From the NCBI GenBank assembly GCA_022813865.1, contig JALDZX010000011.1, forward strand, positions 1 to 64,000: 64,000 nt of DNA, written 5' to 3'. Position numbers and translations under genes: made by a program. The notes beneath the pieces are model-generated. The model was not told the DNA's origin and made no database searches. It saw nothing but the letters and a program-made list of their open reading frames with translations. Below, one piece after another: positions 23,928-37,200 of this stretch. Position 1 is the first letter of the stretch. Every line of letters begins with the position of its first letter. Origin of the DNA: Xylographa opegraphella (Eukaryota).

Positions 23928-25246
23928 CGGAGCTGGAGGTGCCTGGTTTATTTTCGAAGATGATTCACCTTGCCGTCGTGTCGACTAAGGCATTTTTGAT
24001 GCTGGTGGGCGGTCTGAAGCGAAGATCGGGATAGTATTGGAAATCTGCGGTAAAACGACTCGATGGGCGACATGGACAGTAGCTGATAGCTTATAATACC
24101 ATAGACTTGAGGAAGCTCGCAAAGTTGTTAACGAGGGAGATGCCAAAGTATTCGAAAGTAGAAACAAAATTATTTTAATCTCAAGGGATGTTCGAGCTCG
24201 GGCCGTGACGCGCTTGGCTAAGGCTCCACTTACTTTATACTTGGTATTTCGGGGTATTAAATTATTAGCGCATTGGATTACCTAGGTGCCAGCTTCTATC
24301 CGTTCGTACGGACTTAGATGAATCTCAATATTTACAATTAAATGACTGAATTACAGTAAGATCTTTATACTTTTCTATAATTAATCGCCACATTGACAAA
24401 ATGCAAACTTGTCCTTCCTGAGTCCTGGATGCGCTAATGATTTAATACCCTGGAATACCACGTAGAGGCAGAGAAGGCATAGCGTCGATAACGAGCCGCA
24501 AGCTGGTACGGCGGTGACAGTTATTGAACGTCAGCCTATGATTTTTGCCACTTCTGACTGCGACAAGAGCATGCTTAATTCGTGAGCTGACATCCACCAG
24601 TAGTAGGAAGGGCCCAGAGCCACAGTCACGTTCATGGCCATTCGGCCACCACTGTTTCGTGAAGGATGATGGCTGTGGCTGAGATGTAGGAGCGCCTCGC
24701 CAAAATTCCCTCATCCAAACAATTCCCTTGGCATTAAGGCGGTGCCTCTTGGCACCCCTGCCGTGCCATTAGACCTACTGTACTTTGTACTTGTACAAAC
24801 TTATTCTATCGTGAATTCGTCAAGCAGCCGTGTTTCATATGATCACGGACTTTTCGATGCGGTATTTCCAGCTTCGGTATGCTGCTTCCTGGTGTACAGG
24901 TAATATATACAGCCTAGCACAGTTAAAGCATGGTAGGAAGTCAGGAACCTGTTCTATGCCTTTTTAACCGGACCAATCCCTGCAGAGTATATATGGTTTC
25001 TATGTATTTACACAGTCGAGACGACATGAGGATGCCATCAATCGTTCTTCTCAAAACACAATACTTCCTTTTTTTTTTTAGGAAAAGGGTATCTCTGCTG
25101 AACACCCATATAACACTGAGCTTTCTTGGTATGCCTGTTCTAGTGGCTTCTTCTAACAATCATTCCAGACCCATACCGGACATTGCAAAACCGAAAAGTG
25201 ACTCGAAGCAGAATCACGGGGTTGCGCTTCCTGATAGGTTCATTGC

Positions 25247-27102
25247 TCAAAGTAAAATAGCAATCCTGCTCGCCACAATACCTAACAACAACAGACTTCG
25301 AAGGGCATCGTAGAATTGGCTATCTTCCCACTCACTGTGCCCAAAAATAATAGACATCCTGCTCCCAACGTTGGGCATCATGTTTTCTGGCGTTTTGCTG
25401 GGTTGTTGGCCGCCATGCATACTCGCAGCTGGTACACTGGGAGCGCTCGAAGGAGTGCCAGCTGACTCGCCAGATGTGATACCGAATTCCACCTTCGCGA
25501 GCCATATCTGATAGATCCCATTGTCCGTACCTCCTTGTAGCTAAGAAGTCCAGCTTATCAGAAGATGACGTCCGTCACTACCGGCATCATCCTCCGAGAG
25601 AATGGTCGAACCATACCAGGCGTTCTGGCGCTGACTTGACGTTGTGCTATCGGGATAGAGGCTTTCAGCAAAGTACTGTCGGTTGAAGTATTCCGGATGA
25701 GCTGTTCCGGCATAGTTGAAGCCTCCTTTCCCCGGAGGTGATGCATACAACGTCTGCTGCGGTGACCATGCGTACTTTACTAAAGCCTCGCCCTCCTCTT
25801 GAACAATGCCCTTCCCCTCCTTTCCTCCTTGTATCCACACTGGATCGGTTTCTGTATTTCAACATGTCAATATAGAGACATTGAAACATAGCTGGATCAA
25901 TTACCCAGAGGCTTATTGAGATCTAGATACCGAACATAAAACGTGGAGTCTGCCATTCTGTTGAGGTAGATCATCAGATACGTAGTGAAATATGGGCCTT
26001 TTATGGTAAGCAAAGCCTCCACATAAGCTCGCGGATGCCTGACTTACTGTAAAAGACGCTGCCTGAGGTGAATGTGCCTGGAAGATAGATCTGCGTATAA
26101 TCGCTTATGTTTGGATCTGGCGAAGCCTTAGAGAATTGTAGTCTCTCAGGATCAAAGTATGAATATTCAGTGTATGTTTCCATGTCTTCGAGGCCCACCC
26201 GCGCTAATTGAAGTCCATTGTTTGCAGCGCCTAGAAGATAGACGTCTCTCTTATCATTCCCACTGGAGGGATCCGCTGTACTTGTGTATCCAAGCAATGT
26301 TGCAAATCCTCCGAATGCAACTTCTGTACCCGGAATAATCAAGTCGCCTTCACGAGCTGCAATTGGTCCAGAGCTTGGAGCCGTGATAGTCACTAACGTC
26401 ATGCCTCTTGCTTGGTACTCCTTTGACGGATCCTGTGGCTAATAATCGACATATACTAGTGGTGCATACATGAAAGCCTGCGTTGTGCTGATTGGGGTCG
26501 GAGAAGTGCCAGGCCCTATGTGTTCATAGTCAGCATTCCTCCATGTCTGTAACAGTAGTTGTGTCCAGATCAGACATCGTTTCCACTTTTGCCCCCTCAT
26601 TCGTAGCAATACTCTGTTCTCGGTACATACATATGGCTACCCTTTCCTGATCTTTCATCTTGTTATTGAATTGAAGCTCATCGGGTTGGAAGGGTATCCA
26701 GCCGCCCGTACCGACAGTGTCATTCGCAAGAATAGCGTACTCCTTCCTGCCATATTTGTCACTGCCTACCATCACAACGCCAAAGTCTTTCACCGTAGAG
26801 ATGTTCTGATTCGGGTCGGCAACAGCAGCAGTATTGGAGACAAATGACAACTGATTTCCAGCGTGTCCCATACATTCTGTGTCATCGTAGAGCCAAACAA
26901 TATTGCCGTTGACCAAGACAGAATAACTTCCATCACGGGAGACGTTAGTGACATCTGGCGTGAACTGCGGACCAAGGAGAGTAACATTTTTGACGCTGAT
27001 CTGAGTCCATGGCACACATAATACAGGCACAATAGCGGGCATCACAAGGCCTACCACTGTCCAGAGAATCTGAAGCTGTGAACCAATAGACTTTATGTGC
27101 AT
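25247..27102 (-). CDS. Conserved-looking secreted, possibly GPI-anchored fungal protein (DUF4185-like), multi-exon
   Basis: Hydrophobic N-terminus; VSRDGSYSVLVNGNIVWLYDDT; GLQLARV; SGSVFYS; YAGTAHPEYF; HLLISWT; Ser/Pro linker and hydrophobic C-terminus. Several GT-AG introns. Confidence 0.65.
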
Positions 27103-27934
27103 GCTTATGAATGAGGAGGTTTAGCTGATGGCAATTGCGATCCGTTGGCACTCACAAGCTGTAACGATAAAACTTGACTTGGATGATGCTGATGTCCTAA
27201 ATTTTAGAAGTGGAACATGAAGAAAAGTGCTGAAGCTTTGCTCTAATGTATATGGAAAAGGTAGATCGATCCTGCGTGTTGTTATGGGAAGGCAGCAATG
27301 AGATAGCCATTCTCGCGTCACAGTTAGAGTTGCGCTTATTTAGGTCAACACTGGGCTTCAAGATATATTAATGCCATCATAGCTACCAAAGCAAATGCCT
27401 TACGTAGACTTTTAGCATCCGTTAAGCTAGATAGTGCTCCAAAAAGAGCCTGTGCTTTTTATACTTTTCTAGTATTATATGTACGACGCCTCAATCAAAC
27501 GTTCTCGTGTTCAACAGGAATCTTAACTAAGATACGTCTCGAGACCGTTACGATGAGCGCAGACATTGTTATTAAGCAAACTCAATTTGTGGTTCTTCAC
27601 AACTTGCTGTCTGTGCTCTTGAAGCTTATGATTGAGGGTGTGACAACATGCATGATAAAAAGATCGGTCGCCGCTTCGCTACTGAACTTCCTTGAGCTGG
27701 TTCAAAAGAAGCGTTCCTGAAGGACGCTGTATTGTGTGCAAGGAATCTTGCTGGAAGCAGCTACTAGTGCTCTCAAAATGAGAGCAATCTCTTGACACTC
27801 TGTAGGTAGATAGATGTCCATATGAGTACTCTTTCACATGGTTGTAAGAAACAGTGACACTTGCGAGCATCGATAGGGTAGTCATCAAGTGGTCACTTGC
27901 GTCGCCTTCACCTTCACCATAGGTACAATTTAGT

Positions 27935-28546
27935 TTGGTTCCGTTAATCTTAACCGCTTTGCTATCATTTGAAAGACTCCTTCCATACGATGGCCCTAAT
28001 GCTGCTCACATACTTGAAACCATTCCATTGAAAAGCTTGGATTTGTTTTTGAAAGGATACTCGATCAGCAACATACGAAAGGTTCTTGAACATATGACCC
28101 ACTCACTCATACGTTTACTGCAGGCCAACACCGAGGACTATGAAAGCCAGGCCTCTCTCCAGTTTATAGCAACTGTTCTTGACCAGGATACGCCAGCTCT
28201 GGGATACTTTGATGGAGTATCCGATCAGTATTGGATGAAGAGGCGCGCTTGTCAACTCTCTCACGATCCAGCCTTTTATGGCACCTGGGAAGAGTTCAAG
28301 TCTGTGATCGCAGATCATTCAACTGACAACGGTGACGAGATAAACACCGCGTCAAAGGTAGATTGTTCTACCGTAGTAGCGTCAAACGCATCGTCTCAAT
28401 GCTCATTTAAAAAAACCGACGAAGAAACTAGCAGGCCGAAACGAAACGGGGGATGGTTGTCTTGCTTTGGAAGGAGCAGCATAAATAACAAGAGCAAGTG
28501 GGCAGAGCTTAATCACAAGTCTGGAAGTGTAGAGTCCTGCACATAG
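27935..28546 (+). CDS. Hypothetical protein (last exon or remnant; upstream coding-like segment from ATG 27552 is interrupted by stops)
   Basis: 203-codon ORF with protein-like composition. No family recognised; start unresolved. Confidence 0.35.
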   Translation: MVPLILTALLSFERLLPYDGPNAAHILETIPLKSLDLFLKGYSISNIRKVLEHMTHSLIRLLQANTEDYESQASLQFIATVLDQDTPALGYFDGVSDQYWMKRRACQLSHDPAFYGTWEEFKSVIADHSTDNGDEINTASKVDCSTVVASNASSQCSFKKTDEETSRPKRNGGWLSCFGRSSINNKSKWAELNHKSGSVESCT

Positions 28547-29115
28547 ATACGGCAACAGCTTGATTTGTACTGCTTATTATGTATATAATGTTTAGAACTC
28601 CAGATGTATTTTGTTCTTAATTGATCGATTAAATACGCAGGGGTGGCAGAGATATATGAGCCAGCTGTTAATGTAAAGTAAGTATTTAGAGTACTTGGTG
28701 TTGTGGAAGCCTTAGAAAGTGGGGGAGACGGAGGGTATTAAAAAAGGCAGCAAGAATTGGAGCCTTTTCCATCGTTAGACTTAAAGCATAGCGAGCATGA
28801 CTAGGCGATAGCCGGGGGAGTAATAATGGGAACCTGTAAGGCCATAAATAGAGCAACAAGTAATGCAAGCCCAACTGCAACGTAGTAGGGTTTTACTGTT
28901 AGCGGTTAAAATTTTTTAAAATATATTGGTCGTTTGTATTAGATTTAAAGCAGTAAGCGACCAAGCCTGCTTAGCCGCTTGCTCAATTGCAGCATTATTT
29001 ATTTTATAAAACGCCATCGAAGTAATCGGAGCGAGGCTTATATTTCCGCTCTGCGGTATCGTTACCCCCGTAGCTGTCTCGGCGATGTTACAGCTACTGT
29101 TATCTTTACTAATGC

Positions 29116-29346
29116 TGTTACGGCTCGCTATTTCACCAGAAAAGCAGGCCTAGAACCACAGCTATAGATGAGCGATTTCAACCTAAAATAATATAAAAAA
29201 GCAAGTTTAGTAATACACGTAAAAGTTAAAATAAACAGTGCTAACGCCAAGACTTTTAACCGCTTTCGAATTAGCCTGAGTCCCGGACGCGCTTTAGTCC
29301 CGTTTCGTTTATCACTTATTAAGGTGTTATGTAACACGCCGTTACA
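29116..29346. mobile_element. Solo LTR (family B, 231 bp) within a mildly RIP-like intergenic tract
   Basis: TGTTACGG...CCGTTACA near-inverted termini; first 62 bp match 14224-14285. No clean TSD (AATGC vs TACGC). Confidence 0.75.
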
Positions 29347-30197
29347 TACGCATCAAGAAGCTGTTTTACTTATATCTTAATACACAGTTCGAACCTTTAA
29401 ACGATTAATAAGCTTAAAAACCGACGAGAAGGTTTATAAATGTTAATTGGTAGAAGCATCACTTGCTGGTAGGCATAAAGGAATACCTGAAGGCTAGTTC
29501 TATTTATGTATAGCGTAGTTCAGTACTAGCGTAGGAGGTATATGTCACGTTCTCGTGGCCTATACCGAACTTCACCGAATATACGATTACTGTTGCCCCC
29601 GCCCTGATCCAAATACACGTGCCTTTTAATAGTATTTACAAATATGATCACGTTTTTTACACATTGTATTACCCTGCATTGTAACACTAATCTACCTCGT
29701 AAAAGAAAACTGATTTTGCCCCTTAGTAGTGCCTGGCCCGAGCGGGCGGGACATCCTCGGGACGAACCACTTTTTAGGCGGGAGGCCCCCGCGGAATCAA
29801 TGAACAAGCACTTCCTTCGATTCAACCACAAGGAACATTTATCAGCCACCTCTGGCTCAGCTACCCTACGGCGACAGCGATACTGTTCGCAGTCTTGCAA
29901 TCCCGCACTTGTCAGTCACCCGACGAAAGTCAAACATCCTTCTTCTGATCCTTATGACAGTGTATTGTGAGTTCACAGCTTGGCGTCCTGCACAATGATG
30001 TACCTCTCCTGTTGATCGCTACATTCCACGGTAGCTACCTCAAAAATCCTCTCTTCGATTGTCAAGACTTTGTAGCTATTACCTTCGGCGGTATCTCAGT
30101 TGGAGTGAGTCTTTTACACACCCGACTCACATATATCTGAGCACAGACTAATCTCTTCAGAACGCAGCTCATTACTTCTGCTTGTAACGTGCCAACC

Positions 30198-32238
30198 ATG
30201 GCCACCATCGAAAAGCGCAACTTCTCAGGTCATTCACTTCCCGGCAATAAACAAGGCAATGGGAACAACCATTTCCAGCAAAAGTTCAGGAACTTCTTCC
30301 GCATAAACAGTATTGGGAACGGTACTGGCCTCAGCACGGACGGTACCACCAGCCCGAAGTCAGAAGGCAAATCCTTTCGCCAATCAAAGTTTCTTGGTGG
30401 TATTGGACGAAATCGTTCGGTGACGGTCAACAGCGAAGGTGACCGTCTCGATGATGGACTGTCACCAACGGCGCATGCCAATCCATACTTTGCACATCAA
30501 GGACCACCTGCTTTGAGACACCACAACGACAGTAGTGTCCCTCCATCTCCTCCAGATACACCGATAACCAAAGTCGAAGCTGTTAGTGGTGCAAACGACC
30601 AAGCTACAGCAGCTGGAAAGGAGGAGCTGGCTAGAAAGCTAAGGCGTGTAGCATCTGCACCAAATGCTCAAGGTCTTTTCGCCAGTGGGAACTCAAATGA
30701 TCGACCTAAGACAGCAGATCTTGGCAAGGAACCATTGGCAGAAGACTCCAAGGACTCGACGCTGAGACTGATGGACCAATCCAAAGGACATTTGTTACCG
30801 ATACCGAATGTGAACGGAGGGTTGCCAAGTCCGGGTCAAATCCGGCAATCGATCGCTTTCCGAAGGACTTATAGCTCGAACTCCATAAAGGTGCGAAACG
30901 TGGAGGTTGGGCCTTCGAGTTTCGATAAGATCAAGCTTATAGGGAAAGGAGATGTTGGCAAGGTCTACCTGGTACGGGAGAAGAAGTCGAGTCGACTGTA
31001 TGCCATGAAAGGTCTCGTTATCCGCCCCTATTCATCCTGGTATGGTCTTTCTAACGTGCGCAGTCCTGAGCAAGAAAGAGATGATCAAGCGAAACAAGAT
31101 CAAAAGGGCCTTGGCAGAGCAAGAGATACTTGCAACAAGCAATCATCCTTTCATTGTAACCCTTTACCATTCGTTCCAGTCAGAGGATCATTTGTATCTG
31201 TGTATGGAATACTGTAGCGGCGGAGAGTTCTTTCGAGGTCTGTATCTTTGGCCACAAGAAATAGGCTCGAGCTAAGATTGAACAGCTCTACAAACACGCC
31301 CTGGGAAGTGTATACCTGAAGATGACGCAAGATTCTACGCTGCTGAAGTCACAGCCGCTCTTGAATATTTGCATTTGATGGGTTTCATATACCGGGATCT
31401 TAAGCCCGAGAGTAAGTCCAACGCATGAATGTGTGGTATGGTACGCTAAACATTTCTAGACATCTTATTACATCAGTCTGGGCATATCATGTTGTCAGAT
31501 TTTGACTTGTCGAAACAGTCTGACCCAGGCGGTGCTCCGACAATGATTGTTGGACGTAACGGAGCTACTGCCACGTCATTGCCAACAATCGATACGAAAT
31601 CCTGCATAGCCAACTTTCGAACGAACTCGTTTGTTGGCACAGAAGAATATATTGCTCCTGAAGTTATAAAGGGATGTGGCCATACTAGCGCGGTCGACTG
31701 GTGGACCTTAGGGATACTTGTGTACGAGATGCTCTTTGGCACCACTCCATTCAAAGGCAAAAACCGGAATGCCACCTTTGCAAACATCTTACGGGACGAT
31801 GTGCCATTTCCGGAACACTCCAACGCACCTCAAGTAACTACGCAAGTACCAAAATGCTACCTATGCTATTGCAAGCTGACATTATATAGTCTTTGCAAAT
31901 CTCTCGTGCGCAAGCTTCTCATCAAAGACGAAATGCGGCGTCTTGGGTCTCGTGCGGGTGCGTCTGATGTAAAAACCCATCCATTCTTCCGCAGTACACA
32001 ATGGGCTCTTCTACGGCATATGAAGCCGCCTATGATACCCCATCAGGGCCGAGCAATTGATACTGTCAATTTCCGCAATGTCAAAGAAAGTGCCAGCGTC
32101 GATATAAGCGCGAGTCGAATTAAAGGAGTTCCACTGGACTCGAATCTCGCCACGCCCGGGGCAGAGTTGGTGGATCCATTTGAGGAGTTCAACAGCGTGA
32201 CTTTGCATCACGACGACGAGGATCAACATCAACAGTAG
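30198..32238 (+). CDS. nrc-2: AGC Ser/Thr kinase of the NRC-2 / Fpk1-Kin82 (phototropin-like) group; introns approximately 31012-31063, 31238-31285, 31411-31460, 31842-31889
   Basis: [98 protein letters not shown]. Confidence 0.92.
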
Positions 32239-32736
32239 AGACAAATGTACATAGTTGCAAAGTGTATATGAGGTTTGGCGCTATGTGTTTCTGTATATGC
32301 ACTTTGTCAAAGTCATCTGGAGTTCGGAGTATCTTCGATGCATATTGCAGCGAATTGCTGTCAATTCCAAGGAGCTAGACTCAGTCTGCCTTATGACGAG
32401 CTTTTACGATCACATCTTTTTTCGCTTCTCGGTCGTGATGGACCGATTTATGATGGCGCAAAACGGTGCTTTTTCGCATTGATAGAGCACAAAACGTCGA
32501 GATAACATAGCTCGACTCCATCAATATGTATCATGAGAAGTCATGTCAATATGAACACGATTCCTGGCAGTCTGTAGAATTCACGCCCGCCAGATAGGTG
32601 TGAAATGCTGCGGCGCTTATGTGAGCACCTCTCTGTCAAGTACCCTTCTTGGAGAGATCATGGATGACCACAACGAAAGTTCCCTCTTGATTACTCTTAA
32701 CCAGCGGGGATTTCTAAAGCCACTCCAAGATCGTAT

Positions 32737-33426
32737 CTAAGCTCTCCGGATTTCCCACTTAACATCTTTGATGCTCACTTCCTCGCCTGCCTTCTCGTCA
32801 TAGTCGAACCATTCCCCTTCCTGCAGGTCAATGCCGGTAAACACGGTCGTCGACTCGAGACCCTTAGCAGTCCATTCGCCCTGATGAGTGACCATCAGTC
32901 CTGCTTGGGATAACATTTCAACCGGAGAATTCAAACATCAGCCTTGAACTCTACAAATTCCAGACCACGACAATCAAATTCCACGATATTTTGCCTCTTC
33001 GGAGGCGAAGCCTGTTGATAGCTATTTGCCGGAGCTCTTATCGTCGCCGTCGACTCTCTCTATATGAGACTGAGCTTGACACCAAAGGTATATTCTCCGT
33101 CGACGTATACGAACCTTACAAGCCTTACACTTCCATACGAAATTGGCGTCTCCCCTGCTTCCGGATACATCATTGGACTCCTGAATTGGTCAACAAGGCA
33201 GAAAAAATGACTTGACAACAGCATACAAAACGATTCACATTTACCCAATTGGGATGGATCTCGCGGCACGAAGTACATTGCACTTTAAATGTAAAGAAGT
33301 AGGGGTCATCTTCGGTGTCAAGAGGACCTAGATTCGTAATCCTACCTTTCATTCAGTATGCGTTAGCATTCATACGTAGGAAGCCACTCACCCTGTCAGG
33401 TCCGCTGTTAAGGTGAGGGCTAACAT
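32737..33426 (-). CDS. DUF866 / CXXC zinc-binding protein (C1orf123/YCR090C-like), multi-exon
   Basis: MLALTLTADLTG; FTFKVQCTSCREIHPNWV; SRGDANFVWKC; IVEFDCRGLEFVEF; DLQEGEWFDYDEKAGEEVSIKDVKWEIRR. Confidence 0.88.
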
Positions 33427-33633
33427 TCTGAGGCATTCGCATATTCGGCCTGAGATGTAAAGTGATTGAGTAAGTTGATCGGAAGAGAGCTTTGTTTGCT
33501 TTGTTTGCTTCTAGGTAGGACTAGACCTTAATGCGCTAGGATAGCCACATCCAATGATCATCGACTGCATCTTTGAGCTCCCTTGCACCTGACCCTGCTC
33601 GCACCAGTCCACTTATTCCCCGAGAGGCAGAAG
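33427..33633. promoter_or_regulatory. Short divergent (bidirectional) promoter region between the DUF866 and PPR genes
   Basis: Only 207 bp separate two head-to-head start codons. Confidence 0.5.
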
Positions 33634-36624
33634 ATGCAAACGATATGGTCAAGGGCCATTCAAACAAAGTCGACTTGTCGTTGTCCCTCCTGTTTAACAA
33701 CCCCATTCGCCGTTGCTAGACGCCCGAACACCGTCGCTGCCAGCCGGAGCCTTCGTTATGGTGATATCGCTACATTCTTCTACTCTTCGGTCCTTGCCAC
33801 AGCTGCAATAGCAGACGCAGAAAGGAAAGATGCTAGGCGAAAGAAGCTGGACACCTCAATTGCGGAAGCGGTGGAAGAGTTGAAAGCGCTGGAATTAGAG
33901 CAACAAACGAGATTACAGAATCTACATAACGCCCAGCGTGAGATCCGGCTTTTTGAGAGGCAATATGAGGGGCAAATCCAATCTCTTCGGGAGGCTGTTG
34001 GCAGAACACACGGAGCACAGCAAGACAAATTTCTGGAGAAGACGCTGAAAAGTTTGGAAGCGAATAAGCTTAGTTCATTGAGCGCTCTGGACGCGGCGGG
34101 AGAGTCGCTGTCTGATACTGGAGGGGCTTTGGGGACTACTGACGTGACAACAGAGATACCTAATCATGGTGACAAGATCATCACGTTGGCTTCGAAACAC
34201 GAAGATAACTCGGTAGTAGCCCCTTCAGAGGTTTCTCGGAGGGTTAAGGGTATACCTGAAGAGAGTGTTACCAAGAATACGACTCAGGATCTGGACGAGG
34301 GATCGCCACCCAGGATGACGAGTCTTGCTGAATCCGCTTCGGAGTCGGTATTATATGAGGATAGCTCCATGGATTTTACCAAAAGCCGACAGTCCACTTA
34401 TGTATGGTCATTTCAGTCATGGCTAGGACCAATTCCGGACTTCAAGATTTCGGTAATGAGCACGTCCATTGCTAAGCTGATATATCGACTGCTTTTGATG
34501 TCCCTGGATGGAGCAGGTCCAGAAGGACTCGTTCTCAATGTCGGAGGCACTCCCTGGATCCTGAGCCCTCAACATCGTCCAGAGTTACATATGAGGATTA
34601 TGGAGATGACAGAGCGACTTCGGACACTAAAGAAGGCGTCAGTAGATATCAACTCTATTACGCCCCTACCATTTCCTCAATATTCAAATCATGCAGGCCA
34701 TAGAACCAGTACAGACTTTCTACATAAGGCTCTCCGAAATTCACTTGCTGAGACAAGTAGCATATATGAACTTCTTCCCAAAATCTGCTACGAGTTTCTT
34801 GTCTCCAACACACCTCCAAGTATACGTACGTTCAACATGCTCATCGTCCGTTTATGCTATTTACAGCATTATGGGGTGGCTTCTGCAATTATCGATGCTC
34901 TCTTTGAGTGTAAGTTGCGACATAACGAGATCACGACGGCTGCCATACTGAGGTTCTACGACTATACCAAAAATTTTGATGGATTTAGAGGCTACGTAGC
35001 TATGATGAACGCTGAGGGGGACCGTGGTCTGATAACATTGTCAAGCGTACCACAGATAACTCGGGCGAACAAAAATCACTTTGTAAACCATACTGAAAGT
35101 CGGTCCCGCAAACATTCCATACTGTCTCACAAAGGGCATCCTCGCCGCGAGACGAGGTATATCGAAAAAGCTCCACGAAATCGAGATACTTATATGGCTT
35201 TAATATCTGGATGGTTGTCCTTTTCGGATTTGAGATCTGCCCTGACAGAATATGTTACCATGATCCGTTCTGGTTGGGAGCCCGATCACGTCATACTGAC
35301 TACTCTTCTGAGCTACTGTGCACTGAAAAAAGACTTCGATTGGGGATTCGAAGTCTGGCGCGAAATTGTGGAGACTCATGAGCGACCTGATGCAGCGGCA
35401 TATTACTGGATGTTGCATCTCTGTGCCCAGGTCAACGGCAGCAAGATGTTTGACACTGTCTTGCAGCATGGTGCCGACCGCGGGATCATACCCGCAGATA
35501 TACATGTTGAGGCATTTTCAGTACCAGTGGATCATCTGGAAGGGGAGAACCGACTACTACAAATGATACAGGAACACATACGGATCCCTGGACTTGATCC
35601 GTTGACACAGAACCAGAAGGCTACACCAAAAGCAGTTGATGGCATAGGTTCTTTTCTATCTGACGCACTCGAACATACAGACACAAACCAATTGACCCGT
35701 GCTCGAAAACATGTTGCGAACCTAGACACGCCAATTTTCAATAGCCTTACAGATTCAAAAGTAGAACCCAAACCCCTGGTCATCAGGACTTGGTCACAAG
35801 CCGAGTCCGCCCAACAAGGGCTGTCCTTGGCTCCGGAACTGGCTGCAAGAAGAAGTGTCGGCTCTGCCCAAATGAGCCATATCCCAGACGAGAATTCTCC
35901 CAGTGACGAATTGTTTCAACTTTCAGAGCTGTCTGCTCCACGAGATAGAGCAATAATAAGAGCAGAAAGTGTTGCTAACAAGGACGCCTTGCAGGAATCA
36001 CGGACAGCGGGCCCAGCGCCCAATGAGGTTGAAAATGGTATTGATCAGAAAAACCATTCACCAGCGGAACCGTGGTCGTCACCATCTGTTTCTGTGGCCG
36101 TAGTACCCGGAACTTCTGGACAGAAACTGAGTGATATGTGTGTCTCCGATGTCAATGTTGAGTTACCTGAATCAAAAAAGACAATGGTTAGCGGGAATGC
36201 TATGTCACATGGACAGGCCTCTTTCACCATGGCTTGTGCAGCAACGTGGGATATGCCGGAGGAATCAAGGGTAACTTTGGCATCACAAGCTGATGAAACC
36301 GTCACTGCTACTTCGCGCTTGAAACATCTACACTCTGAACAGACGGCGGTCTCTTTGGTCAAGGACAAGGAACTCCAGCCTGCCAAACCTACCGCTGTTC
36401 TTTCCAAAGCAAAACATGAACTACCCAAAGAGATCCAAATATCCTTGGGGCAGAACGACAAAACACAAGCTATTGTGCCATCGATAGCCATTCCGAGCAA
36501 GGATGAGTTGAGCATTGCGAATTCCAGTCAATCACTGCAGCTTGATATACCATGTGTGGGACACAACGTAACACACTTCGTATTAAACATTTCTCACGAG
36601 ACGCAAGTATCAACTGTCGCTTAA
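33634..36624 (+). CDS. Probable mitochondrial pentatricopeptide-repeat (PPR) protein
   Basis: MQTIWSRAIQTKSTCRCPSCL presequence-type start; PPR-like motifs PPSIRTFNMLIVRL, RDTYMALISGWL, GWEPDHVILTTLLSYC, PDAAAYYWMLHLC. Single long ORF. Confidence 0.78.
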   Translation: MQTIWSRAIQTKSTCRCPSCLTTPFAVARRPNTVAASRSLRYGDIATFFYSSVLATAAIADAERKDARRKKLDTSIAEAVEELKALELEQQTRLQNLHNAQREIRLFERQYEGQIQSLREAVGRTHGAQQDKFLEKTLKSLEANKLSSLSALDAAGESLSDTGGALGTTDVTTEIPNHGDKIITLASKHEDNSVVAPSEVSRRVKGIPEESVTKNTTQDLDEGSPPRMTSLAESASESVLYEDSSMDFTKSRQSTYVWSFQSWLGPIPDFKISVMSTSIAKLIYRLLLMSLDGAGPEGLVLNVGGTPWILSPQHRPELHMRIMEMTERLRTLKKASVDINSITPLPFPQYSNHAGHRTSTDFLHKALRNSLAETSSIYELLPKICYEFLVSNTPPSIRTFNMLIVRLCYLQHYGVASAIIDALFECKLRHNEITTAAILRFYDYTKNFDGFRGYVAMMNAEGDRGLITLSSVPQITRANKNHFVNHTESRSRKHSILSHKGHPRRETRYIEKAPRNRDTYMALISGWLSFSDLRSALTEYVTMIRSGWEPDHVILTTLLSYCALKKDFDWGFEVWREIVETHERPDAAAYYWMLHLCAQVNGSKMFDTVLQHGADRGIIPADIHVEAFSVPVDHLEGENRLLQMIQEHIRIPGLDPLTQNQKATPKAVDGIGSFLSDALEHTDTNQLTRARKHVANLDTPIFNSLTDSKVEPKPLVIRTWSQAESAQQGLSLAPELAARRSVGSAQMSHIPDENSPSDELFQLSELSAPRDRAIIRAESVANKDALQESRTAGPAPNEVENGIDQKNHSPAEPWSSPSVSVAVVPGTSGQKLSDMCVSDVNVELPESKKTMVSGNAMSHGQASFTMACAATWDMPEESRVTLASQADETVTATSRLKHLHSEQTAVSLVKDKELQPAKPTAVLSKAKHELPKEIQISLGQNDKTQAIVPSIAIPSKDELSIANSSQSLQLDIPCVGHNVTHFVLNISHETQVSTVA

Positions 36625-36882
36625 GCGAGTTGAGACGAGGCTGGTGTACGCAATCATTTCATCGTCTTGAGTCGGAATAGACTTGGTCGACCTGAGCACG
36701 ACGATATTTGGACTACCACTGATTTTGGAGGATCGTCCGCTCATATAACGCCTGTCATGCTCAGAACACCATAGCGCCATATTGAAGGAAGAAGAAGTAG
36801 AAGGAGAAGGAGAAGAAGCGAAAGCTAGACCTCCAGCGGTCGCACGAAAAGTAAAGGGTGTAAGTAAGAACCAAGACATCAT

Positions 36883-37200
36883 TCAATCTTCAATACTCTT
36901 CCTGTTCAAAGACCGTCGCACGGTGATCCAGGCCATGTAGCCGGTTTCCGTTGTCCACCGCCCCCGTATCCATCCCTCCTGTGCTCTTCTGCCTTCCTCG
37001 AGCTCGAGAACTCCTATCGTAACAACTCTGTCCAATTGTTCAACTACTTCAGCGGCGGCATCCAGTGCTTCTCGCTCCGTGGCATATGCTCCATGGCAAT
37101 TTTTATAGCGATACATGGTCTCGATCAACCCTGGCTGGTGTTCGACATCCACGACGAAACTTATGATTGTCTCTCGGGGATTTGATTGGAAAGCTTGCAT
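36883..37200 (-). CDS. Small hypothetical protein (105 aa)
   Basis: ATG-initiated ORF with protein-like composition (HGAYATEREALDAAAEVVEQL); no family recognised. Confidence 0.4.
   Translation of the reverse strand: MQAFQSNPRETIISFVVDVEHQPGLIETMYRYKNCHGAYATEREALDAAAEVVEQLDRVVTIGVLELEEGRRAQEGWIRGRWTTETGYMAWITVRRSLNRKSIED

Noticed and set aside
14224..29346. Two same-orientation LTR-B copies flanking ~15 kb as one composite, gene-capturing retroelement
   Set aside because: Outer flanks do not form a TSD (AAAAT vs TACGC), no gag/pol lies between them, and the left copy runs into a gap. Independent insertions are simpler.
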